Positions 56,417 through 64,000 of a DNA stretch of 64,000 nt are shown here, one piece after another. A program made the position numbers and the translations under genes. Source of the stretch: a virus (lineage: Duplodnaviria; Caudoviricetes). The stretch's first letter is position 1, and the number at the start of each line of letters is the position of its first letter. The notes under the pieces were generated by a model that worked only from the letters and a program-made list of their open reading frames with translations, had not been told where the DNA came from and searched no databases. The stretch lies in IMG/VR virus record IMGVR_UViG_2721755846_000003, positions 18,856 to 82,855 of that record; one strand, 5' to 3'.

Positions 56417-56820
56417 TGAGCAGAGCCCGCCTCGCCGGCGCACCGGTAGTGAGTGAGGTGCTGCCGCGCGAGCTGGAGTCCGTTCCCGTCGCGCGTCACG
56501 TCGTCCGCGACATCCTCGACCACTGGGATCTGCCCGAGCTGGCGCAGGACGCGGAAACCGTGATCTCCGAGCTCGCCACCAACGCCATCCTCCACGCTCG
56601 AATGGCCGCAATCCGCATAACCGTCACCCGCGTCGACGAGCGCACCGTGCGCCTGGCCGTCATCGACAGAAGCCGCGTCCTGCCAGTGCTCCGGTCACCG
56701 GACGCACATGACGTGCACGGGCGCGGCATGGGAATCGTGGATGCCCTCACCAGGTGTTGGGGCACGGACCGGCTTCCGTGGGGGAAGCGCGTGTGGGCCG
56801 AGCTGCGTGATCAGCGGTGA
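56416..56820 (+). CDS. HATPase anti-sigma-like ATP-binding protein
   Basis: SELATNAILHA, V.D, GRGMGIVDAL, WG, GKRVWAEL. Confidence 0.88.
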   Translation: MSRARLAGAPVVSEVLPRELESVPVARHVVRDILDHWDLPELAQDAETVISELATNAILHARMAAIRITVTRVDERTVRLAVIDRSRVLPVLRSPDAHDVHGRGMGIVDALTRCWGTDRLPWGKRVWAELRDQR

Positions 56821-56994
56821 GGGGCGGCTGCGGACGCCGATGGCGTAGGGGGGGCGCAGATGCCCGCCCCAGCTTCCCCGGCCGGCCAGGTCCTGTACAC
56901 GCTTTCCGTCGCCGCGCTCCTTGCCGCACTCATCTACGGCATCGCCACGAGGTAGCAGCCACCCCGCCCGCCACTCCCCACGACGAGGACCCTC

Positions 56995-57210
56995 ATGAAA
57001 TCTCACCCTTCCGGCGGCAACCGCACCCCCGTACAAGTTGTGGCGATCAGCATCGTCGCCTCCTGCATCCGGGCCCGCGCCGACGGACGTACGGGGCGCG
57101 AGGCGTGGCGGATTATCCGGCAGCGGCACCCCAGGGCGGTGTGGGCCGTCGCGGCGTACGCCGCCGTCTTGGTGCTCGTGGCTTTCCTCGGCGTCACGTC
57201 CCTGTTCTGA
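56995..57210 (+). CDS. Small membrane protein
   Basis: GAGGA SD; C-terminal TM. Confidence 0.5.
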   Translation: MKSHPSGGNRTPVQVVAISIVASCIRARADGRTGREAWRIIRQRHPRAVWAVAAYAAVLVLVAFLGVTSLF

Positions 57211-57450
57211 CCTTCCTGTTTTTGACTCCCGCCCATGGCCGGCGTGGCACAGGTCCCCAGCCCGGACCCGCAGCCTCCCTGTAGGTCCCCGGCCAGGGGT
57301 GGGACCCGGGTCCCGGCTGGCCCTCCGTGGGGGAGTGACGGCAGTCCGGGACAACGGGCCCCGGCCGTCACCGAGACCGGCGGTCGGGGCCCGGGCCCCT
57401 CACTTTCCGCCCCGGCCGAACGGAGCGGACCACCCCCGACGGGAGACCTC

Positions 57451-58569
57451 ATGCACTCACTGATCGCGAGCCCGTTCCTGGAACAGCACATGCTCGTACG
57501 GCCGGGAAGCCGCGGCGGAGCCCTCCTGCCCGCGCCCCGCTATGAGGAGCTGCGCGCTCTCGACCGCGCCGAGCCGGCCCCGGACTGGCTCGCGGACACC
57601 GTCCGCGACCAGTGGGACGACCTGGACGTGGCGGGCCGCCCTGCGGGTGAGTACCTGCTCGTCCGGCAGCCGTCCGTCTGGGGCTACTCAAAGGCGAGCT
57701 GGGAGGTGAACCTCGGCTGCAACTACGCCTGCAAGCACTGCTACCTCGGGCTCAAGGTGAACTCGGGCATGCCGCTTGAAGAGAAGCTCGAGTGCCTGGA
57801 GGTCATGGCCGAGGCCGGGGTGCTGTGGCTCCAGATCACCGGCGGTGAGCCGACCATCGACAAGGACTTCATGCGGTCGTACCGCCGGGCGTTCGAGCTG
57901 GGCATGATGATCACGGTCTCCACCAACGGATCGCTCCTGTGGCGCGAGAACCTGCTCCACCTCTTCGATGAGTGCCCGCCCTACCGCGTCACGGTCTCCA
58001 TGTACGGGGCGACGAAGGCCAGTTACGACGAGCTGACGCAGCGGGACGGCGCCTGGGACCTGTTCGTCCAAGGAATGAACGCCGCCCGCCGGGCTCGGCT
58101 GCCGCTGCGCATGAGCATCATCGTCACCGAGGACAACGCGCCGGAAGAACAGGCGATGATCGACCTCTGTGAGCGGTGGGGCGTGGAGTACAACGTCTTC
58201 ACCAACATGACCCCCACCATCTACGGGGGCGGTGAGGTCCTCACCGCGCAGTCCAAGGACCACTTGCGGATGCGGAAGCCGTTCACCGGCTGTAACGCCG
58301 GCCACACCTTCTTCCACACCGACCCGCACGGGCAGGTGTCCATCTGCAAGATCGGCCGCGACGACCCGATCAGCCTCCCCCGCGAGGGGATCCAGGGCCT
58401 CGCCCGGCTGGGTGCGATCGCGGACCGCCTCATGCTTCGCACCGGAGGCTGCTCAGGTTGCCAGCTCTCCGGTTCCTGCACCGTGTGCAGGCCCCTGGCC
58501 AAGCACTACCAGGAGGCGAAGGCACCACTCGCAAGTTACTGCCAGCACGGACAGAAGAAAGCAGGCTGA
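57451..58569 (+). CDS. Radical SAM/SPASM peptide maturase
   Basis: CNYACKHC, ITGGEP, STNG; C-terminal CNAG...C...CSGC....CTVC...C; ATG 57451 after GGGAG. Confidence 0.88.
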   Translation: MHSLIASPFLEQHMLVRPGSRGGALLPAPRYEELRALDRAEPAPDWLADTVRDQWDDLDVAGRPAGEYLLVRQPSVWGYSKASWEVNLGCNYACKHCYLGLKVNSGMPLEEKLECLEVMAEAGVLWLQITGGEPTIDKDFMRSYRRAFELGMMITVSTNGSLLWRENLLHLFDECPPYRVTVSMYGATKASYDELTQRDGAWDLFVQGMNAARRARLPLRMSIIVTEDNAPEEQAMIDLCERWGVEYNVFTNMTPTIYGGGEVLTAQSKDHLRMRKPFTGCNAGHTFFHTDPHGQVSICKIGRDDPISLPREGIQGLARLGAIADRLMLRTGGCSGCQLSGSCTVCRPLAKHYQEAKAPLASYCQHGQKKAG

Positions 58570-58570
58570 A

Positions 58571-58774
58571 ATGACCGCTGTAGCAGTCGAGATCTCCCCG
58601 AGGCGCCCGCTGCCCGACGACGGGCCCACCCAGAGCGGAGGCCTGCCGTACTTCACGCGGCCCGTCCTCGCCGCAGCCCCGCCGGTCACCGAGATCACCG
58701 TCATCACCGACATGGACGAGGTCATGGACAGCGTGAAGTGCTCGTGCAACGCGGGCGACGACAACCCCCACTGA
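58571..58774 (+). CDS. Putative RiPP precursor (67 aa)
   Basis: Starts 1 nt after the rSAM stop; ends ITDMDEVMDSVKCSCNAGDDNPH. Confidence 0.7.
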   Translation: MTAVAVEISPRRPLPDDGPTQSGGLPYFTRPVLAAAPPVTEITVITDMDEVMDSVKCSCNAGDDNPH

Positions 58775-58873
58775 CCTGATCCGAGATGCGTCTGACCCGG
58801 TCCTGAATGCGCAGGCCCCGGCGTGTTGGCGCCGGGGCCTGCGGCAGGTGCGCGGCATGGGTAGCGTGCGACC

Positions 58874-59746
58874 ATGCGCTTTCACAGGGGTTGGATCGAG
58901 CCCGTGATGCCCGTGCCGTACGTGCCGACTCTCGGCCCTGTCCGTCGAGAGGACCCGCTCCCCGGCCTGTTCGAGGCAGTCGTGGAGGTCGCCGGAACCG
59001 GCCGTTTCCTTCCGTACGACAAAGACCGCCGCTGGTCCGACACCAAGGCCGAGCACGTCCTGGTCGACGCCATCGAGCATGACCACCGCCAGACCCTCGT
59101 GCCCACGCTGGTCGAGCGCGGCGCAGGCGTCGTGAAAGTCCACGTGTACGGGGCTGCCCCGGACGGCCTGTCCGCCGGCGCCGACCTGGCTCGGAAACTC
59201 GCTTCTGTCCACGGTGCCGCCAAGGCCCGGGTCGTCTGGTTCCTCGGCCCCGACCAGCCCGAGGCGTACGCCCAGGGTGTCGGAACCCGCGTTCAGCTCA
59301 AGGACTTCAATGACGGACCTGGACAGGCTCCGGGCGTGCCGGTCCACGAGGACAAGCAGATTCCCGAGGAGGCCGGTTTCGGTGCCTTCGCCGAGCAGAT
59401 GGCGGCTGACGGGTTCGCGTTCCTGCACGAGCAGATGCGCGCCGGGACCGTCGGTCCTGTCCTCACGGTCCTGCACGACGGCCGCGTGGCCGGCGCCATC
59501 GGCCCGATGGAAACCATGGCCGACGCCAGCGGAGCCGCTCGCCTGCTGCCCCAGTACTTCGGCGTGCTGTCGCAGTTCCGCGGCTGCGGCTACGGGCGGG
59601 CCCTGTGGCGCGCGGCGATGCGCTGGGGGCACCAGCACAGCGCCGCTTACCAGCTGCTCCAGACCGAGGTAGGAGGCGCCTCTGACCGCCTGTGCGCGGC
59701 CGAGGGGCTGACGTCGCTGGGGTTCGTCAACCAGAGGGATGCGTGA
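58874..59746 (+). CDS. GNAT-family acyltransferase
   Basis: FGVLSQFRGCGYGRALW acetyl-CoA motif A in the C-terminal half. Confidence 0.8.
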   Translation: MRFHRGWIEPVMPVPYVPTLGPVRREDPLPGLFEAVVEVAGTGRFLPYDKDRRWSDTKAEHVLVDAIEHDHRQTLVPTLVERGAGVVKVHVYGAAPDGLSAGADLARKLASVHGAAKARVVWFLGPDQPEAYAQGVGTRVQLKDFNDGPGQAPGVPVHEDKQIPEEAGFGAFAEQMAADGFAFLHEQMRAGTVGPVLTVLHDGRVAGAIGPMETMADASGAARLLPQYFGVLSQFRGCGYGRALWRAAMRWGHQHSAAYQLLQTEVGGASDRLCAAEGLTSLGFVNQRDA

Positions 59747-59797
59747 CGCCAGCTGACTGGGGTCGCGTGAAGACCATTACTCAAGGAAGAGAAGCAG

Positions 59798-60808
59798 ATG
59801 AACCGGGTTGCGGTGCTCTCGGCAGGCTCATGGGGCACGACGTTCGCGCAGGTGCTCGCGGACGCCAGCAACGACGTCGTCCTCCACGCTCGCAGGCGCG
59901 AGATCGTCGACGCGATCAACACCCGCCACGAGAACCCCGCCTACCTGCCGGGCATCGTTCTGCCGGCCTCCTTGTGGGCCACTGACGACGTCTCCGAGGC
60001 TCTGGAAGGCGCCGACTATGTGGTGGTGTCGATCCCGGCGCAGACCCTGCGGGCCAACCTCACCGCCTGGGCGCCGCTGATCGGGGGGCGCACGGTCGTC
60101 GTAAGCCTGATGAAGGGCATCGAGACCCACAGCGGGCTGCGGATGACCGAGGTCATCACCGAGGTGACGGGCGTGCCCAGCGAGCGGGTCGCGGTGGTTT
60201 CCGGCCCGAACCTCGCCCGGGAGATCGCTGCCCGTCAGCCCGCCGCGTCAGTGATTGCCTGCCGCGACGAGACCACGGCCAAGGCGCTACAAGAGGCGTG
60301 CCTGACCCCGTACTTCCGCCCGTACACCAACACGGACGTGGTCGGCTGCGAACTCGGCGGCGCGTTGAAGAACGTCATCGCGCTCGCCGTCGGGCTCGCC
60401 GCCGGCATGGGCCTGGGCGACAACGCCCGCGCCCTGTTGATCACCCGTGGCCTGGCGGAGACCGCCCGTCTCGGCACGGTTCTGGGCGCCGACCCGCTCA
60501 GCTTCTCGGGCCTGGCCGGTGTGGGCGACCTCATCGCCACGTGTATGTCGCCGCTGTCCCGCAACCGCACTTTCGGTGAGCACCTCGGCCGGGGCATGAC
60601 CGTGGACGAGGCAGCCGCGGCCACCAGCCAGACCGCCGAGGGCGTCAAGTCGTCCCAGTCCATCTTGGAACTCGCTCGACGGCACGGGGTGGACATGCCC
60701 ATCATTGAAGTCGTCGTGGACGTCATCCGGGGCGCGGCCACCGTTGCCGAGGCGGCCAGCATGCTCATGAACAGGTCCCCCAAGTCCGAGCTCTACGGGA
60801 TGTGCTGA
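59798..60808 (+). CDS. gpsA: NAD(P)H-dependent glycerol-3-phosphate dehydrogenase
   Basis: AGSWGT, SLMKGIE, SGPNLA, ELGGALKNV, GLAGVGDL, SRNR, AEGV; first Gly of GxGxxG is Ser. Confidence 0.9.
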   Translation: MNRVAVLSAGSWGTTFAQVLADASNDVVLHARRREIVDAINTRHENPAYLPGIVLPASLWATDDVSEALEGADYVVVSIPAQTLRANLTAWAPLIGGRTVVVSLMKGIETHSGLRMTEVITEVTGVPSERVAVVSGPNLAREIAARQPAASVIACRDETTAKALQEACLTPYFRPYTNTDVVGCELGGALKNVIALAVGLAAGMGLGDNARALLITRGLAETARLGTVLGADPLSFSGLAGVGDLIATCMSPLSRNRTFGEHLGRGMTVDEAAAATSQTAEGVKSSQSILELARRHGVDMPIIEVVVDVIRGAATVAEAASMLMNRSPKSELYGMC

Positions 60809-61181
60809 GGGGCGCTCCATACTCAACTGCGCCTGAAAGGTGCAGACTTATGGTGACTTGTTCGTCCGGCCGGACGGATCATCTAGTCCGCGTGCACTAG
60901 TTCATCACGGTGATGTACAACCCTGTCTATATGTACAGACGATCGTCGTAGATTGGAACATTCCGCTTGGGGTGGAGCGGAGTGGTCGAGGCACAATGAA
61001 CATGCCGAAATCGGCCATGGTCGTTTTGTGTCGGTGCTCCCCCTCGTGCGATTCGCGGGAGGGGTGGGGCGGTTCCTGTCCTTACTCCGCAAAGTCGGGC
61101 GTGGAGCCGCAGGTGGGCCCGGCAGACCCACTGCCGGGCCCATCGTCTACCCGGAGACGTTGCCCGGCTGGATTGAATCAA

Positions 61182-61214
61182 GCTCCACCAGGGCTCCACC
61201 AGGGCTCCACCACG
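61182..61214 (+). repeat. 11-bp tandem repeat x3
   Basis: GCTCCACCAGG GCTCCACCAGG GCTCCACCACG abutting the terL fragment. Confidence 0.7.
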
Positions 61215-62048
61215 GCGCCGCCTCGGCGGTCGCCTCCAATGAGGCCGAGCTGATCGAGGGCGCGCAGGCGGACTCCCTCATGTACCTCATTGATGAGGCC
61301 AAGATCGTGCCCGATGGCACGTGGGACGCCATTGAAGGCGCGTTCTCGGGCGGCCGGGACGAGGGCCTGCCCGAGTCGTTCGCCCTGGCCATCTCGACGC
61401 CGGGCCCGCCCGCTGGCCGGTTCTACGAGGTCCACAAGCGCGCCCCGGGCCTCGAAGACTGGTACGTCCGGCACGTGACGCTGGAGGAGGCCATTGCCGC
61501 CGGCCGCTGCTCGTCCCAGTGGGCCGAGCAGCGCGCCAAGCAGTGGGGCCGCGACTGGGCGATGTACGCCAACCGCGTCCTGGGCGAGTTCCACGCCAGC
61601 GACGAGGACAGCGCCATCCCGCTCGCCTGGGTGGATGTCGCGATCGAGCGGTGGCAGGAGTGGGACCAGGCCGGCCGCCGCGTCCTTGGCGCCGACGTCG
61701 CCCGCGCGGGCGGCGACTCCACCGTGCTGGCGCACCGTCTGGGCCTGGTCATCGCCGAGCTGGAGATCCACGACCGGGAGGACACCATGCAGACCACCGC
61801 CCGTGTCCAGGCCGCCCTGGGCGAGGCGCCAGGCGGCGCCGTCGCCGTGGTTGACTCGGTCGGCGTTGGCGCTGGCGTCATCGACCGCTCCCGGGAGCTA
61901 CGCGTGCCCGTGCTCGCCTACACCGGCGCGGCCGGCACCAAGCTGCGCACCCGCGACGGGCAGTACGGGTTCACCAACACCCGCAGCGCCGCGTACTGGA
62001 GGTTGCGGGAGCTGCTCGACCCCGCGTTCGGCGCCCGGCTCGCCCTCC
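61211..62048 (+). pseudogene. terL: Internal fragment of a second terminase large subunit
   Basis: Colinear with 7321..8177; has Walker B and the first nuclease Asp, lacks Walker A and the C-terminus; 18-bp in-frame deletion. Confidence 0.85.
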
Positions 62049-62127
62049 ATGGGCCACACCTTGCGGCCCGAGGGAACCAGATTCAGGGGCGTCAGTTCGG
62101 TCCTGCCTCAGTATGCGGCCCGGTCGG

Positions 62128-62457
62128 CTACGGCAACTTGGGCTTCTGGTCCGGGCAGTACACCACCGCGGCGGCCGCCACGAGAGCCTCCGACTGTTTC
62201 GTGGAGAAGCCAAGCTTGGCGTACGCGACAGCGTCCTCGTACTGGCCCTCTTTGAGCTGCTCGCACAGTTGGGCGCCCTCGTCTCCAAGGGCGCTGGCGA
62301 GCCCGTCGGTGGACATGTCGCCGTAGTCGTCCGGGTCGGCGATGGAGACGGCGTCCGCATACTCCTTCTCCTTGGCACTTGGGCCGCTGCTGGAACAGCC
62401 GGCCAGGAAGAGCGCCGCGAGGACGGTGGCGGTCGCGGTGGTGAGGGTTCGTTTCAT
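62128..62457 (-). CDS. Lipoprotein (DUF732-like)
   Basis: MKR signal, LAGC lipobox, G.QLC...AAVVYCP. Confidence 0.78.
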   Translation of the reverse strand: MKRTLTTATATVLAALFLAGCSSSGPSAKEKEYADAVSIADPDDYGDMSTDGLASALGDEGAQLCEQLKEGQYEDAVAYAKLGFSTKQSEALVAAAAVVYCPDQKPKLP

Positions 62458-62599
62458 GCGGGCGATGGTGGTGTCCCGCACGCACCTATGCGGGAGTTGT
62501 GGCGGAGTTGTGATGAAACGTTCGAGGAAGCTGAGCCAGCACCGCCGGTAGCATCCGCAGCACGGCGCAGGCTGGGGAGCGTGTGCCCTGGGGGGTGTC

Positions 62600-62833
62600 A
62601 TGGGGGTTCGCTTGTCGAGCGGGATCGGCCCGCTCAGAGTGTCCGTGCCCATTGGTGGCTCGGCCACCGGCTTCTTCGCCTTGAGCATCAAGGCGATCGT
62701 CGGCATGTTCGCGTTGATGTACTGGATGCTGTTCGCCGGCTACTGGATCCTGCGGGCGGTGTACTGGGAGCTGCCCAGAGCGGGCTATCGGTCGTGGCAG
62801 CGACGGCAGGCGGCTTCGCCGACTGGGCCCTGA
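62600..62833 (+). CDS. Small membrane protein
   Basis: MGVRLSSGIGPLRVSVP then hydrophobic helix; GGGGGG SD. Confidence 0.6.
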   Translation: MGVRLSSGIGPLRVSVPIGGSATGFFALSIKAIVGMFALMYWMLFAGYWILRAVYWELPRAGYRSWQRRQAASPTGP

Positions 62834-62901
62834 CCGCATGCCAGAGGCCCACCCTGGGCGTCGGGGCGGGCCTTGCATGTGCCGTCACCACGCCCCGCGT
62901 C

Positions 62902-63426
62902 TCAGCCGAGGTTGGCCGCCGCCGCCTTGTACTCGCCGGCCTGCTTCGGCGTCAGGTAGTGGGACACCCGCACAAGCGTCGCGCCCTGCACGTAGTCGTA
63001 TTCCGACAGCGCTGGCATCGACTTGGTGACCGTCTGGATGTATTCGGCGCGGGCTTTGGCGTCCGAAGGGGTGGCGAAGAATTCGATGGCGCCGCCGCGG
63101 TCGACGTCTCCCTTGTCGGTGCCGCTCACGTCGTCGGCGGAGATCCGGCTGTCGGAGAAGGTGACTTTCGACGTGTACTGGCTGGGGCGGCCGAGAAGGT
63201 GGTTGGGGTCATTTTCGGCGGTGACGGTGCCGCTGAGCTTCGCCGAGGCGACGCTAGCGGAGATCTTGTCGAATGCGGTGCGCGCGGTCAGCGGCTTGCT
63301 CGCGGTGTCCTGCTTCGCAGCGGCCAGGCTCGCAGGCGTTCCGCTGGTGTCCGCCTTGGTGCTACTGCAGGCCGCAAGGGTGGTTATGAGGAGGGCAGCG
63401 GCCGCAATGGTGAGGTTTCGCTTCAT
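62902..63426 (-). CDS. Lipoprotein
   Basis: LAAC lipobox; TAENDPNHLLGRPSQYTSK. Confidence 0.8.
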   Translation of the reverse strand: MKRNLTIAAAALLITTLAACSSTKADTSGTPASLAAAKQDTASKPLTARTAFDKISASVASAKLSGTVTAENDPNHLLGRPSQYTSKVTFSDSRISADDVSGTDKGDVDRGGAIEFFATPSDAKARAEYIQTVTKSMPALSEYDYVQGATLVRVSHYLTPKQAGEYKAAAANLG

Positions 63427-63850
63427 TGCGCGATCATGGCGTCTGTGTGTTCATTATGGAACTTCTGTGTCCGAGTTGTGATGGAGCGTTCAGGGCGCTG
63501 ACCTGGCGTTTGTGAGCCGACCGGACCGCGACACAGCAGAGGCCCACCCCGGGCTGAAGGCGGGCTCTACACAGTGCGAGTCACGCGCGTCTGCTATCCG
63601 GCGGGGGTGGGTCAGAAGTTCCCGTGGGCAGCTGTCAGCGGCGCGGTGTGCGCGGCCAGATCATGTAAGCGGCGAACGCGAGTGCGGCAGCCGTCCAGCC
63701 TGCGTTCGTGCCATCGAGGGCGTCGCCTCCGGTCGGGTCCATGGGCTCGACGGCCATGAGTAGGAACGGCGAGGCGAGGCTGGCAAGTATGCAGGCGGCG
63801 ACTCGGCGGAAGGTGTGCATGGGTGCGGTTCGTCCTGTCGTATCGGGCGG

Positions 63851-64000
63851 TCAGGCGGTGGCGTTGCGGGCGGCGTTGGCCATGTCGGCGGCGGTCTGTG
63901 GGGTGCCTCCGCCGTTGACGAGGAGGTAGAAAGCCGCCTCGTCCGCCTCTGTGGCGCAGTCTTTCGTCTCGGCGACGAGCAGCGAACAGTACCGCTCCAT
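63851..64000 (-). CDS. C-terminal part of a gene truncated by the window edge, DUF262-like ending
   Basis: ...EAAFYLLVNGGGTPQTAADM... resembles the F..lN.gG.p.t motif of DUF262. Confidence 0.45.
   Translation of the reverse strand: MERYCSLLVAETKDCATEADEAAFYLLVNGGGTPQTAADMANAARNATA

Noticed and set aside
60880-60945. Short AT-rich palindromes after gpsA as an att site or ncRNA
   Set aside because: No second copy, integrase or tRNA found in the window to support it
61211-62048. terL copy as a diversity-generating retroelement template
   Set aside because: No reverse transcriptase in the window and the differences are not adenine-specific
1-64000. tRNA, rRNA, integrase, transposase or replication genes
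   Set aside because: None recognised by eye, so element boundaries and lifestyle cannot be determined from this window

Overview
High-GC (Streptomyces-like) DNA dominated by one tailed-phage morphogenesis region (prophage or phage-plasmid; no integrase or replication gene lies in the window). The + strand order from about 0.7 to 52.3 kb is: two ParB-like genes, a 7-deazaguanine DNA-modification cassette (dpdA-like, T-fold paralog, queD, queE, folE, no queC), terS, terL, portal, a MuF/2H-phosphoesterase/protease-like fusion, capsid, a block of very Cys-rich repeat and fibre proteins, major tail, tail chaperones, tape measure, minor tails, amidase endolysin and holins. Four HNH genes and several morons are interspersed. 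The right end (52-64 kb) is accessory: HD + XRE, HATPase, a radical SAM / Cys-peptide / GNAT / gpsA cluster, a second divergent terL fragment and lipoproteins. The most striking unexplained structure is non-coding. (1) A 21-22 nt motif, G(T/C)CG(A)CTGGTTNAGGGCCGG(G/A)C, occurs 9 times at 8 loci just downstream of TAnnnT boxes ahead of virion and lysis genes; at most loci its 3' arm can alternatively pair to hide the RBS or start codon, suggesting an element-wide late translational switch. (2) All four HNH genes share a two-hairpin leader. (3) Two homologous GGACA-iteron elements lie inverted 31 kb apart. All calls are from manual reading; no database searches or folding programs were run.
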